The notes under the pieces: generated by a model
The model's database searches: none
What the model was told of the DNA's origin: nothing
What the model saw: the letters and a program-made list of their open reading frames with translations, nothing else
Part shown: in pieces, positions 29,944-40,155 of the stretch
How positions within the stretch are numbered: the stretch's first letter is position 1
Layout of the letters: each line of letters begins with the position of its first letter
DNA from: Candidatus Subterrananammoxibius californiae
Lineage (GTDB): Bacteria > Planctomycetota > Brocadiia > Brocadiales > Subterrananammoxibiaceae
Direction of reading: 5' to 3'
Assembly (NCBI GenBank): GCA_030586555.1
Contig: JAURAC010000009.1
Coordinates: 1,915 to 55,990, forward strand
DNA length: 54,076 nt
Translations under genes and position numbers: made by a program

Positions 29944-31065
29944 ATGAAACAGCTATTATTGTTACATACATGCATACATAAAGTTGTCATACCATTTATA
30001 GTAACAATCTTTTCCTTTGGTCTGATAAATTCTCCCACAACGGCGAATTGGCAAAAAGAGGCTGTTGACTTTGTAGGAATCGTGGGCTGGCATACATCCC
30101 TTGCCTTTGATAACTCAGGCGTTCCGGCTATATCATATTATGATTATAGCAACAAGGACCTCAAATATGCCCACTTTAACGGTTCCTCGTGGGATGTAAC
30201 AACCGTTGATGACCCTGTACAAAATAGTACCGCAGATAGGACTGATGTGGGTTGGTATACATCCCTCGCCTTTGATAATTCTGGTAACCCGTCTATCTCG
30301 TATTATGATGCAACCGATACCCAACTTAAGTATGCCCATTTTAATGGCACTACGTGGGATATAACCATCGTTGACGCTGCCGGGGACGTAGGGATCCATA
30401 GCTCACTTGCCTTTGACAACTCTGGTAACCCGGCTATTGCATATTACGACCGGCTCAATGGTGGTCTCAAGTATGCCCATTTTAATGGCACTACGTGGGA
30501 CATAACCACCGTTGATACAGGACCATTAGAAGGAGTGGGCGGATTCGCCTCCCTTGCTTTTGACAATTCAGGTAACCCGGCTATTTCGTATTATGATTAT
30601 GTTAAAACGAACCTCAAGTACGCCCATTTTAATGGCGCTTCGTGGGACATAACCACCGTTGACTTTAGAAAGAATGTGGGTGGGTTCACCTCACTTGCCT
30701 TTGATAACTCAGGTAACCCGGCTATTTCGTATTACGACGCCTTTAAAGGCGACCTCAAGTTTGCTCACTTTAATGGCGCTACGTGGGATATAATCCGTAT
30801 TGACACCAAAGGACGTGTAGGCTTATATACTTCTCTTGACTTTGATAACTCTGGTAACCCGTCTATATCCTATTATGATGCAACCAAAAGCAACCTCAAG
30901 TACGCCCATTTTGATGGTTCCTCCTGGGATATAACTACCGTTGACTCATCAGGCGCCATGGGCCGGTACAGTTCTCTTGCCTTTGACAACTCAGGTAACC
31001 CGGCTATCTCGTACTATGCTGGTAGCCACGACTTTGACCTCAAGTATGCCCACTTCGTACCCTAA
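29944..31065 (+). CDS. Secreted protein made of seven ~46-aa repeats, probable 7-bladed beta-propeller
   Basis: Signal peptide followed by 7 repeats of VG..TSLAFDNSGNPAISYYD.....LKYAHFNG..WDITTVD. Confidence 0.85.
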   Translation: MKQLLLLHTCIHKVVIPFIVTIFSFGLINSPTTANWQKEAVDFVGIVGWHTSLAFDNSGVPAISYYDYSNKDLKYAHFNGSSWDVTTVDDPVQNSTADRTDVGWYTSLAFDNSGNPSISYYDATDTQLKYAHFNGTTWDITIVDAAGDVGIHSSLAFDNSGNPAIAYYDRLNGGLKYAHFNGTTWDITTVDTGPLEGVGGFASLAFDNSGNPAISYYDYVKTNLKYAHFNGASWDITTVDFRKNVGGFTSLAFDNSGNPAISYYDAFKGDLKFAHFNGATWDIIRIDTKGRVGLYTSLDFDNSGNPSISYYDATKSNLKYAHFDGSSWDITTVDSSGAMGRYSSLAFDNSGNPAISYYAGSHDFDLKYAHFVP

Positions 31066-31254
31066 ATAATCAGGCTAACGCTGAAGGTAACGTAACGTAT
31101 AACTTCGAGCTTCCTGCTTTATGCCAGACAGCACTGTAGGAAAGTGTGCCGCTAATACTAATCCTCCTAACGGCCGTACATTGGTACTGTGGGGATGTTG
31201 GTACAGTTCCAGAGTTTTGAGAATTGTAGTTTACGGCGATACCAACCCTTCTTG

Positions 31255-32463
31255 CTACATAAAAATTTTTTCCAAGTCCTTTATATAATTTCCGTTCTTC
31301 GTAAAGAAGGATATTTTGTATTTATCCACAAGCCCCCTGCCTTCAAGCGCAGCAAAGACATAAATATTCATTCTTTTCTGAAACCCTATGTCCCTCGCAT
31401 AGAAATCGTAAAGCCTGAATAAGAGGTCCGAACGACCCTCTGGAGGGTCTGACTGAGGCGGATAAAAGTACCAAGATTGTAAATCTTCTACCATGTATGG
31501 CTGCCCCCACTGACCGAGTGGTATTGTCAGTATGTTCAGCGAATCGGGTTCGGCATTTAGAAACTTTTCCTCAGTGTCTTTAATGTGCTTAATAAGGCTT
31601 TCTTTAATAAACAATTCTGACCGCAGATTTTTATTATCCTTTAGCAGCTTATACTTTTCTAATTGGTATTCAAACATGCTTGCCGATTTGCCTGACTGCG
31701 TGCGTTCCCTTATTTTTCTTTCCAACTCGGTCAATTGATTCTTTAAAAATTCGTTTTTCACATGTAAGGGCACGTTGCAACGTGCCCCTACTTCGCCGTA
31801 ACCGTAAAGCCCCAACTCCAGATGGGTTAAGCTGGGGTCCTCCTGAAGCTCAAGGGAGAGCATCGGTTTGTCTTCGTCGGGGAAATAATGGCTTTTCTCT
31901 GCCTCCTCATTTTCTGCCTTTTCTTTTATAAATTTTATTAAGGCGTTTTGACACTCTAACTTTTTATGGTGGAAGAAATTGAAATTTACAAAATAGGGCT
32001 TCTTTATGGTCACTAACTTATTACTAATATCGTTACAGAATAACGTCTCCCTTCTTGTGTGTTCAGGCTCATTGATATTCTTTACTTCTACATAGTAATT
32101 TTTCTTATCGTATATTGTGATATCTATCTTTTTGTTGTTTTCCCTAATATTTCTTTCGATGCCGATTGCAAAATTCTTTTGCCTGGAAAAGAGATGCGCA
32201 AGATTTAATTCGCTTAAATGGTTAAGAATTTGTTTGGTCTTTTCCCTCACATCGTTTGTTTCCTTCTGCCCGATTATTTTATTAATCAGCCCCCGCATGC
32301 CGTTTATTAACGGGTCGTTGTATAAAAGAGACTCTGCCCTATCCCTGACGATTTTGATTTCCCTTAAGGAAAGAATATCAGGAACTTCCTTTAATACTTC
32401 TTCCAGGTCTTTCAGCTTTTTTTCTATCAAGGCATCTTTTTCACCATTTGTATTCATCTTCAT
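31255..32463 (-). CDS. Hypothetical protein with a candidate PD-(D/E)xK nuclease motif
   Basis: KIDITI...YVEVKN; AT-rich, Lys/Glu-rich; in-frame REP-B at 31764-31791; start uncertain (32463 or 32457). Confidence 0.5.
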   Translation of the reverse strand: MKMNTNGEKDALIEKKLKDLEEVLKEVPDILSLREIKIVRDRAESLLYNDPLINGMRGLINKIIGQKETNDVREKTKQILNHLSELNLAHLFSRQKNFAIGIERNIRENNKKIDITIYDKKNYYVEVKNINEPEHTRRETLFCNDISNKLVTIKKPYFVNFNFFHHKKLECQNALIKFIKEKAENEEAEKSHYFPDEDKPMLSLELQEDPSLTHLELGLYGYGEVGARCNVPLHVKNEFLKNQLTELERKIRERTQSGKSASMFEYQLEKYKLLKDNKNLRSELFIKESLIKHIKDTEEKFLNAEPDSLNILTIPLGQWGQPYMVEDLQSWYFYPPQSDPPEGRSDLLFRLYDFYARDIGFQKRMNIYVFAALEGRGLVDKYKISFFTKNGNYIKDLEKIFM

Positions 32464-32698
32464 TAACTTCCCGGAACTGCTCCCACAACCTATTAAACCT
32501 GCTCTCATAAATCATCTCATAGAGGTCCATCCTATCGGGGTAAAGTTCCTCACACTTTTCTCTTACCTTCGACTTTTCTATTTCGATGTCTATCTCTGGA
32601 TAATCAGAGCAAAGGATAAGTATACACACCCTTTCAGCCATACGCTGAAGTTCGTGCATCCTTTCCCTTTTCATTTCCTCTGAAAAACTGGGTTTCAT
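32441..32698 (-). CDS. Small helical hypothetical protein coupled to guaA
   Basis: ATG 32698 lies just after the guaA stop; 85 aa, ending YEMIYESRFNRLWEQFR.... Confidence 0.7.
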   Translation of the reverse strand: MKPSFSEEMKRERMHELQRMAERVCILILCSDYPEIDIEIEKSKVREKCEELYPDRMDLYEMIYESRFNRLWEQFREVNEDEYKW

Positions 32699-32702
32699 AG
32701 AT

Positions 32703-34304
32703 TCACTCCCACTCAATCGTACTCGGCGGTTTGGAGCTAATATCATAGACGACACGGTTGACGCCCTTAACCTCGTTAATGATACGGTTAGAGATAGCGC
32801 CGAGTACCTCATAAGGCAGGTGAACCCAATCGGCAGTCATATAATCAACCGTTTCCACAGCCCTCAGTGCAATAACATTTTCGTATGTGCGTTCATCCCC
32901 CATAACTCCCACAGTACCAAGCGGCAATAAAACCGCAAATGCCTGCCCAATTGCTCGATAAAGCCCTGCATTATTAATCTCTTCTTGAACAATTTCATCG
33001 GCAAGCTTTAATATCTGCAATCGTTCTTCCGTAACCTCGCCAATTATTCGTATCGCAAGTCCGGGTCCCGGGAATGGATGCCGCCATATAATCTCCTCAG
33101 GCAGTCCGAGTTCAACCCCTATCTTTCTGACTTCATCCTTAAAAAGATTCCTCAGTGGCTCGATTAACTCAAACCCCAGTTCCTCAGGCAATCCACCGAC
33201 ATTGTGATGGCTCTTAATAGAGGCTGTGGGGCCCCCATGGGCTGCTATGCTCTCTATAACGTCAGGATAAAGAGTGCCCTGTGCAAGAAACCTTGCGTCA
33301 GAAATCCTCCGAGCCTCCTCCTTAAATACTGCAATAAACTCATGCCCTATAATCTTACGCTTTCTTTCAGGGTCCGTAACACCTTTGAGCTTTTTTAGAA
33401 ACCTCTCCTTAGCATCAACAAGATGGAAATCTATTCTCGAATCAGCGTCCGGGACGGGCTTAAAATTTTCCTTGAAGATTTTAGCAACGTCCTCAGCTTC
33501 GTTTAGCCTGAGTAGCCCTGTGTCAACAAAGATGCAAGATAGCTGGCTGCCAACAGCCTTAAAAATGAGCGTAGCAACTACTGTAGAATCAACCCCGCCA
33601 GAAAGCCCACAGACAACCCTCGCATCACCTACCTGCTTCCGTATATCCCTTATAGAATCTTCGATATAAGAGCTCATACGCCAATCCCCGGCGCATCCGC
33701 AAATCTTATAAAGGAAGTTATGCAGTATCTTACTGCCCATTGGTGTATGGGTTACCTCAGGATGAAACTGAACGCCATAAAATTCTTTGTCTTTATGCTT
33801 AACTATTGCATAAGGACAGTTTTCTGTGCAGGCAAGGGAGTGAAAATTGTCGGGAAGTTTTGTTATCTGGTCGCCATGGCTCATCCATACGGTTATGGAC
33901 TCAGGGATTGATTCAAGTAACCCGCCTGAGGCAGGGAGGTTCTTAATAACACATTTAGTTCTGCCAAATTCTCCGCCTGAGGCGGATGTAACCCTTGCGC
34001 CAAGCATCTGGCAGCCTAATTGCATCCCGTAACAAATTCCCAGAATGGGAGCGTCCATTGAAAATATCGCCTCGTGGCAGCGTGGGGCATTTTTTGTATA
34101 TGCGCTTGCAGGACCACCACTTAAAATAATTCCCTTAGGCTTGAGCTTCCCAATATCTTCGGGCGTGATACTATACGGGACTATCTCACAATAAACATTG
34201 TTCTCCCTCACCCGGCGTGCTATTAGTTGTGCATACTGGGAACCAAAGTCAAGGATTAAAACAAGTTCTTTCGGGCTGTTTGTCACATCTGCATATACCT
34301 CCAT
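32703..34304 (-). CDS. guaA: GMP synthase (glutamine-hydrolysing)
   Basis: LDFGSQY, GICYGMQ, QFHPEV, SGGVDS and KPPSTIEWE. Confidence 0.98.
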   Translation of the reverse strand: MEVYADVTNSPKELVLILDFGSQYAQLIARRVRENNVYCEIVPYSITPEDIGKLKPKGIILSGGPASAYTKNAPRCHEAIFSMDAPILGICYGMQLGCQMLGARVTSASGGEFGRTKCVIKNLPASGGLLESIPESITVWMSHGDQITKLPDNFHSLACTENCPYAIVKHKDKEFYGVQFHPEVTHTPMGSKILHNFLYKICGCAGDWRMSSYIEDSIRDIRKQVGDARVVCGLSGGVDSTVVATLIFKAVGSQLSCIFVDTGLLRLNEAEDVAKIFKENFKPVPDADSRIDFHLVDAKERFLKKLKGVTDPERKRKIIGHEFIAVFKEEARRISDARFLAQGTLYPDVIESIAAHGGPTASIKSHHNVGGLPEELGFELIEPLRNLFKDEVRKIGVELGLPEEIIWRHPFPGPGLAIRIIGEVTEERLQILKLADEIVQEEINNAGLYRAIGQAFAVLLPLGTVGVMGDERTYENVIALRAVETVDYMTADWVHLPYEVLGAISNRIINEVKGVNRVVYDISSKPPSTIEWE

Positions 34305-34420
34305 ATCTTAATTATAGGTCTCCAAAGCACCATGTCAAATAAAAAACCATAGAAGAAGGCTTAAGGCTTAAGACTGAAGGATAAAGAATCCTTCTGCCTT
34401 CAGCCATCAGCTACAGAGGC

Positions 34421-34582
34421 TGTCAAAATGACACCAGCTTTCACTCTCCCAAATAGCTTGCTGTCAGAATGGCATAAGGCTGAATATAAAAAGTAACGAG
34501 TCTTCTTTGTATAACATTATGTTACTCTGATACTTGACATAACACACCTTTGATAGGAGCATTTGCTGGTATATTATTTGCT
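34421..34582 (+). promoter_or_regulatory. Sigma-54 promoter for groEL with two candidate upstream activator sites
   Basis: TGGTATATTATTTGCT at 34567-34582 (GG-N10-GC); TGTCA-AAA-TGACA at 34421-34433 and TGTCA-GAA-TGGCA at 34462-34474. Confidence 0.6.
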
Positions 34583-34636
34583 CTTGTACGCTTAAGCACT
34601 CTAACTTTAAACTCTTTTACTGCAGGAGGTCATCAA

Positions 34637-36277
34637 ATGGCAAAACAGTTAACCTTTAAGGAGGATGCCCGTGCAGCGCTTGCACGTGGGGTCTCAAAAC
34701 TTGCAAGGGCTGTCAAGAGCACACTGGGTCCAAGGGGCAGGAATGCCGTTCTCGATAAAGGATTCGGCAGCCCAACAGTAACAAAGGACGGCGTTACAGT
34801 TGCAGAGGAAATCGAGCTAAGGGACCCGTATGAAAACATGGGTGCAAGACTCGTAAGGGAAGCCGCAACAAAGACAAGTGACGTTGCAGGCGATGGCACT
34901 ACAACGGCTACTGTACTGGCGGAGGCTATCTACGCTGAAGGACTCAAGAGCGTTACCGCCGGGGCTGACCCACTTGCGCTCAACCGTGGGATGAGGAAGG
35001 CTGTGGATTTAGTTATTGAGAAACTTAAGAAATTGAGCAAACCCGTTAAAGACCAATCAGAGATTGCCAATATTGGCACAATTGCAGCAAATAACGACCC
35101 TGAAATAGGCAAGATGATTGCCAGCGCTATGGAAAAGGTTGGCAAGGACGGCGTTATCACCGTGGAAGAAGGAAAGAGCTTAACCACCGAAGTAGAGGTC
35201 GTTGAAGGGATGCAATTTGACCGTGGTTACCTCTCCCCACACTTTATTACGAACCCCGAAGATATGAAGGTCGAATTTGAGAACCCATACATCCTTATCT
35301 ACGAGGATAAGCTATCTGGTATTAAAGGTATTATTCCGCTTCTGGAGAAGATGGCAAGGGCAGGAGCGCCGCTCCTCATTATTGCTGAAGACGTAGAAAG
35401 CGAAGCTCTTGCCACGCTTGTCGTAAATAAGATTCGTGGGACAATCTCATGCGCCGCTGTAAAGGCTCCCGGATATGGCGACAGACGAAAGGCAATGTTA
35501 GAAGACATTGCTATCCTTACGGGCGGCAAGGCAATATTTAAAGACCTTGGCATTCAGCTTGAGAGTGTGGAACTCAACGAGCTTGGAAGGGCAAAAAAGG
35601 TTACTATAGACGCCGAAAATACGATTATCATCCAGGGTGCGGGAAAATCTTCTGCAGTAAGCGGGAGAATAAAGCAAATACGCGCTGAGATAGAGCATGT
35701 AACCTCAGATTATGACCGTGAAAAGTTGCAGGAACGCCTTGCAAAACTTGCTGGTGGCGTTGCGCAGATTAACGTCGGCGCATCAACAGAAACCGAAATG
35801 AAGGAAAAGAAGGCGCGCGTCGAGGACGCCCTGCACGCCACACGCGCAGCTATTGAAGAAGGCATCTTACCGGGCGGCGGGGTTGCACTGCTTCGTGTTG
35901 CCGCTGCCCTTGATGATAGCCTGAAACTGAAGGGCGACGAAGCGACGGGGGTGGAGATTATTAAAAGGGCGCTCTCGATACCCACGATGCAAATTGCCGA
36001 GAATGCTGGAGTCGAAGGCGCTGTGGTTGCTAAGAGGATTCTAACTTCCAGGGACGAGAACTATGGCTTTGACGCAGAAAGGCAAGAATTTTGCAATATG
36101 CTCGAAGCCGGGATAATTGACCCTGCAAAGGTTACAAGATGCGCATTGCAAAACGCTGTAAGTATCGCCGGTACGCTACTCATGACGGACTGTCTTGTTT
36201 CGGACATTCCGAAAGAAGAAGGAGAAGAGATGGCAATGCCGCATGGCGCAGGTATGGGCGGCGGCATGGGATATTAA
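34637..36277 (+). CDS. groEL: Chaperonin GroEL (copy 1, GGM tail)
   Basis: [17 protein letters not shown] and [11 protein letters not shown] 34637 after AGGAGG. Confidence 0.97.
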   Translation: MAKQLTFKEDARAALARGVSKLARAVKSTLGPRGRNAVLDKGFGSPTVTKDGVTVAEEIELRDPYENMGARLVREAATKTSDVAGDGTTTATVLAEAIYAEGLKSVTAGADPLALNRGMRKAVDLVIEKLKKLSKPVKDQSEIANIGTIAANNDPEIGKMIASAMEKVGKDGVITVEEGKSLTTEVEVVEGMQFDRGYLSPHFITNPEDMKVEFENPYILIYEDKLSGIKGIIPLLEKMARAGAPLLIIAEDVESEALATLVVNKIRGTISCAAVKAPGYGDRRKAMLEDIAILTGGKAIFKDLGIQLESVELNELGRAKKVTIDAENTIIIQGAGKSSAVSGRIKQIRAEIEHVTSDYDREKLQERLAKLAGGVAQINVGASTETEMKEKKARVEDALHATRAAIEEGILPGGGVALLRVAAALDDSLKLKGDEATGVEIIKRALSIPTMQIAENAGVEGAVVAKRILTSRDENYGFDAERQEFCNMLEAGIIDPAKVTRCALQNAVSIAGTLLMTDCLVSDIPKEEGEEMAMPHGAGMGGGMGY

Positions 36278-36400
36278 CCAAAGTGAAATGTAAATTGAAA
36301 CGTGCAAAATTTAAATTCCTGAACCTATCAGGAACAGGTTTTAAAATCTACAATTTCCAGTTTACAATTATTGAGAATCATAAATGAAGGAGGTATAGAA

Positions 36401-36691
36401 ATGCCGACCATTAGACCGTTAGATGACCGTGTAGTTATTGAAAGGGTAGAGGCAGAGGAAAAAACTCAAGGTGGAATAGTGCTGCCCGATACGGCAAAGG
36501 AGAAGCCCGCCAGAGGGCGGGTTGTTGCGGTGGGGGAGGGAAGGCTTCTTGAAAGCGGAAAACGTGCCCCGATTGATTTGAAAAAGGGTGATAATATCCT
36601 TTTTGGCAAGTATGCCGGGTCAGAGGTTACCGTGGATGGTAAGGAATACCTTATTATGCGGGAAAGCGATATCCTTGCAAAAATAGTTTAA
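36401..36691 (+). CDS. groES: Co-chaperonin GroES
   Basis: [21 protein letters not shown] and ESDILA. Confidence 0.97.
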   Translation: MPTIRPLDDRVVIERVEAEEKTQGGIVLPDTAKEKPARGRVVAVGEGRLLESGKRAPIDLKKGDNILFGKYAGSEVTVDGKEYLIMRESDILAKIV

Positions 36692-36709
36692 GCCAAAAAA
36701 CTTAAAATA

Positions 36710-36739
36710 GGGTGGCATGGACAAACTTGTTTGCCCGTG
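36710..36739 (+). repeat. REP family A copy between groES and groEL2
   Basis: GGGTGGCATGGACAAACTTGTTTGCCCGTG. Confidence 0.85.
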
Positions 36740-36765
36740 CCTCATCTTTAAAAAGAGGGAATAAA

Positions 36766-38385
36766 ATGGCAGCAAAACAACAGATGTATGATATAGAAGC
36801 CAGAAAAAAGATGCTTTCGGGTGTAAAGCAGTTAAGCGATGTAGTCAGGGTAACAATGGGTCCAACCGGTCGAAATGTAATACTTGAGAAGAGCTATGGC
36901 TCCCCATCCGTTACAAAGGATGGCGTCACTGTAGCAAAGGAAGTGGAATTGAAGGACCCTTTTGAAAACATTGGGGCAAAACTCGTTAATGAGGTTGCCA
37001 CTAAAACCAGTGATGAGGCAGGCGATGGCACCACTACTGCGACCGTACTTGCAGAGGCAATCTTTAAAGAGGGCTTGAAACACATTACCGCGGGCGCTAA
37101 CTCTATCGCTATAAAAAGAGGGATAGAGAAATCCGTAGAGGTAGTTGTTGAAGAGTTGAAGAAGCTCAGCAAGCCAGTAAAGGGCCGCACTGAAATTGCC
37201 CAGGTAGGCGCTATTTCGGCAAACAATGACGCCTCAATAGGCAATCTTCTTGCAAACGCCATGGAGAAGGTGGGCAAGGATGGAGTAATCACCGTTGAAG
37301 ATGCAAAAGGCATTGAGACAACCCTTGAGGTCGTTGAAGGGATGCAGTTTGATAAGGGCTACATATCGCCTTATTTTATAACCGATGCACAGAAGATGCA
37401 GGTGGTTTTTGAAGACCCTTATATACTTGTTCATGAAAAAAAGATTTCTTCTATGAAGGACCTTATTCCCTTGCTGGAAAAAATATCCTCCAGCGGCAAA
37501 CAATTTTTGATTATAGCCGAAGATGTTGAAGGAGAGGCGCTTGCCACGCTCGTGATTAACAAGCTCCGGGGCGTATTAAATTGCGCAGCCGTTAAGGCGC
37601 CTGGTTTTGGCGACAGGCGCAAGGCAATGCTTGAAGATATTGCAATATTAACCAAAGGGAAGGCAATTACGGAAGACCTCGGAATAAAGTTAGAAACAAT
37701 AGATATTGATGCCCTCGGTCGTGCAAAGAAGGTAACAGTTGATAAGGACAAAACAACCATCGTGGAAGGCGCTGGAAAGAAATCCGATATTCAGGCACGC
37801 ATCGCACAAATCAAACGACAAATAGAGCAAAGTACATCCGATTACGATAAAGAAAAACTGCAGGAGAGGCTTGCCAAGCTCTCAGGCGGGGTGGCGGTAA
37901 TAAGGGTGGGCGCCCCTACGGAGGCAGAGCTGAACGAGAAAAAGGCAAGGGTTGAAGATGCCTTACATGCCACGAGGGCTGCTGTAGAAGAAGGCATCGT
38001 GCCAGGTGGCGGCGTTGCCTTCATTAGAGCAATCCCGGCGCTTAGTGAGGCAAGGAAAAAGCTAAAGGGCGACGAAAAGATTGGCGCGGATATAATTATG
38101 CGAGCCCTTGAGTCACCGCTTCGGCAGATTGCTTCAAACACGGGCGAAAATGGCGCCGTTGCAGTGGACGAGGTAAAGGAGAAGTCAACAAATGTAGGCT
38201 ATGACGCAAACACTGGTAAGTACGTGGACATGATTGAGGCGGGGATAATTGACCCCACAAAGGTCTCGAGGGTAGCCTTGCAGAATGCCGCAAGTATCGC
38301 CGGCTTAATGCTCACCACCGAAACAATGATTACCGAACTTAAAGAGGGTGAGGATGAACTGGAAATTGCGGAAAGCGTTAAATAG
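36766..38385 (+). CDS. groEL: Chaperonin GroEL (copy 2, acidic tail)
   Basis: GDGTTTAT and EGMQFDKGY; no GGM tail. Confidence 0.97.
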   Translation: MAAKQQMYDIEARKKMLSGVKQLSDVVRVTMGPTGRNVILEKSYGSPSVTKDGVTVAKEVELKDPFENIGAKLVNEVATKTSDEAGDGTTTATVLAEAIFKEGLKHITAGANSIAIKRGIEKSVEVVVEELKKLSKPVKGRTEIAQVGAISANNDASIGNLLANAMEKVGKDGVITVEDAKGIETTLEVVEGMQFDKGYISPYFITDAQKMQVVFEDPYILVHEKKISSMKDLIPLLEKISSSGKQFLIIAEDVEGEALATLVINKLRGVLNCAAVKAPGFGDRRKAMLEDIAILTKGKAITEDLGIKLETIDIDALGRAKKVTVDKDKTTIVEGAGKKSDIQARIAQIKRQIEQSTSDYDKEKLQERLAKLSGGVAVIRVGAPTEAELNEKKARVEDALHATRAAVEEGIVPGGGVAFIRAIPALSEARKKLKGDEKIGADIIMRALESPLRQIASNTGENGAVAVDEVKEKSTNVGYDANTGKYVDMIEAGIIDPTKVSRVALQNAASIAGLMLTTETMITELKEGEDELEIAESVK

Positions 38386-38534
38386 TTCACACCAAAAAAT
38401 GCATTTATGTAGGGGCTGGGTTACCCCGCCCCTACCTGTTCTTTCGGCACACCACAATTTTTCTCTTGACATCAATAGTCCTTTTCTATACCATTTAAGT
38501 TCATCACAAATTTTTTTATGGAGGTTATTTCGAT

Positions 38535-39629
38535 ATGGTAAAATGTGTAACCCACAGTGGCAGGCTGTGGTTAAAGATAGTAATAATCATTACTATATTT
38601 TGTACCGCTATTATTTGGTTAGTTAGTAATCTACCTGCAGCCGAGAATACGCAACCAAACCCGACAAATCCGGAATCTGGACTCAAGACCCCTTCTCCGG
38701 ACATTTTCTTCCCTGAATCAACGCACGCCTTTGGAAATGTATTTATTGGTGAAAAGACCGAGCATGTATTTAAGCTTGTAAACAGGGGAGATGCAGTTCT
38801 TGTTATTAACGACCTGGTTGTTGGATGCGACTGCACCGTCGCAAAGCTTGAGAATTGGCAAATAGCGCCAGATGGGGAAGAAGGAGTAAAGATAACCTTT
38901 TCCCCCGACGAGAATACACGGAGGGGAAGGACGGCAAAATTTATATACGTTAATTCTAACGACCCCGATAGACCGAAATTTAAATTAAGATTCACTGCAA
39001 ATGTGCGGAGGGACGTTGTCTATACCCCGCATGGTTTTGAACTTGGATTCGTACCTAAGGGCAACGCAGGCACAAAGCGGATAGTATTTAAATCAAAACT
39101 CAACCCGGCAGACTTTAATATAACTAAGGTTGCTTCCTTTCACCCTTCAGTTGCGGTTTCTCATGGGAAACTAAACGACCAGGGGGAATGGTACGTTGAA
39201 GCCTCTATAAAAGAGAACGCAGTTCCTGGAAAACTGATGGGAAATATTGTCGTCTTTACCAACAGCGTAAAACAGCCTGAGATAAAGATTCAGACCTACT
39301 CAGAGGTGGTGCGAGAGGTCGCTGCAGTTCCCGACAGGGTGTGTTTTGGAAAGATTGTAAAGGGCAAAGAAGCCGTTCGTGTCCTTACTGTTCTTCATGC
39401 AAATGGCATTAAGATAGAAAAGGTTGAACCATCGCTAAGCTGGATACGCGCCAATATTATTCCGTCCAATAATACGGATGACACATCAATTGAAGTGGAG
39501 CTCAAGCTATCGAGCACGGACGCCCCAAAGGGGAAATCCGAAGGCGCTTTATCCATTTACACAAACAGCAAGAAATTTCCGGTCTTAAAGGTACATTTGT
39601 GCGCCAACGTGCTGGAACCGAAGGTTTGA
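38535..39629 (+). CDS. Membrane-anchored DUF1573 / Ig-like repeat protein
   Basis: N-terminal TM helix; HAFGNV...FKLVNRGDAVLVI...GCDCT...SNDP; three Ig-like segments. Confidence 0.75.
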   Translation: MVKCVTHSGRLWLKIVIIITIFCTAIIWLVSNLPAAENTQPNPTNPESGLKTPSPDIFFPESTHAFGNVFIGEKTEHVFKLVNRGDAVLVINDLVVGCDCTVAKLENWQIAPDGEEGVKITFSPDENTRRGRTAKFIYVNSNDPDRPKFKLRFTANVRRDVVYTPHGFELGFVPKGNAGTKRIVFKSKLNPADFNITKVASFHPSVAVSHGKLNDQGEWYVEASIKENAVPGKLMGNIVVFTNSVKQPEIKIQTYSEVVREVAAVPDRVCFGKIVKGKEAVRVLTVLHANGIKIEKVEPSLSWIRANIIPSNNTDDTSIEVELKLSSTDAPKGKSEGALSIYTNSKKFPVLKVHLCANVLEPKV

Positions 39630-39799
39630 ATCTTCTCCGGAGTGAAGCCTTAATTTGTTTAAATAATTATGAAATCTGCCGATAATTAACAATGCTTTAT
39701 CGAAGGTAGGGCTTGTGTGGTAAAAAGTAAGTTTGTGGTATAAAAAAGAGTAAAAAACGACATTAGCGAAAAATACGGCAAAAAAATCTTATTTTTTTA

Positions 39800-39828
39800 T
39801 TGACAAACTATTTCCTATGTGGTATATT
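39800..39828 (+). promoter_or_regulatory. Sigma-70 promoter about 330 nt upstream of the Cys-rich gene
   Basis: TTGACA-N17-TATATT with an extended TG. Confidence 0.65.
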
Positions 39829-40155
39829 CCTAACGGTTATTAACCGTTGGATAAAGTGTCAGGTTACGAAAATACTATTAAAAACATACAGAACCTGATA
39901 GAAAGGGGGTGATTGCCGGCGATGTAAAAGTAGGGGGTTTTTACCCTCCAATGGGGGCGTTTTAGTATGAATCAGGGGGAAATGTCTCGGTAGTTCACTT
40001 ATAGCCTGTTAGGTATCTGGTTGTTAGATTAAGCTGAGGAACGCAAGTTTCCTGGCTGCAGGCAAGGGTGAGCTAATTTAAGCAAATTTTACTCGTAAAA
40101 TGCATAATTACACGTTAATGTATTTTGAGGGTTTATGAAAAAGGAGGAAGACAAG

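Noticed and set aside
29944..31065. Regularly spaced DNA repeats resembling a CRISPR array or DGR target
   Set aside because: The repeats are in-frame protein repeats of about 140 nt with synonymous variation; no cas or reverse transcriptase gene is in the window.
31070..31250. Open minus-strand frame and a 13-nt match to guaA as a possible att site
   Set aside because: No clear start codon or RBS, and the match is inverted and internal to guaA, so it is probably chance.
34593..34619. CIRCE element upstream of groEL
   Set aside because: Only a left half-site is present; there is no GAGTGCTAA nine bases later.
34637..38385. Two groEL genes around one groES as a novelty
   Set aside because: Multiple groEL paralogues in this arrangement are known in Planctomycetota.
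40032..40057. Hammerhead ribozyme core (CTGAGGA)
   Set aside because: The required GAAA after stem II is absent.
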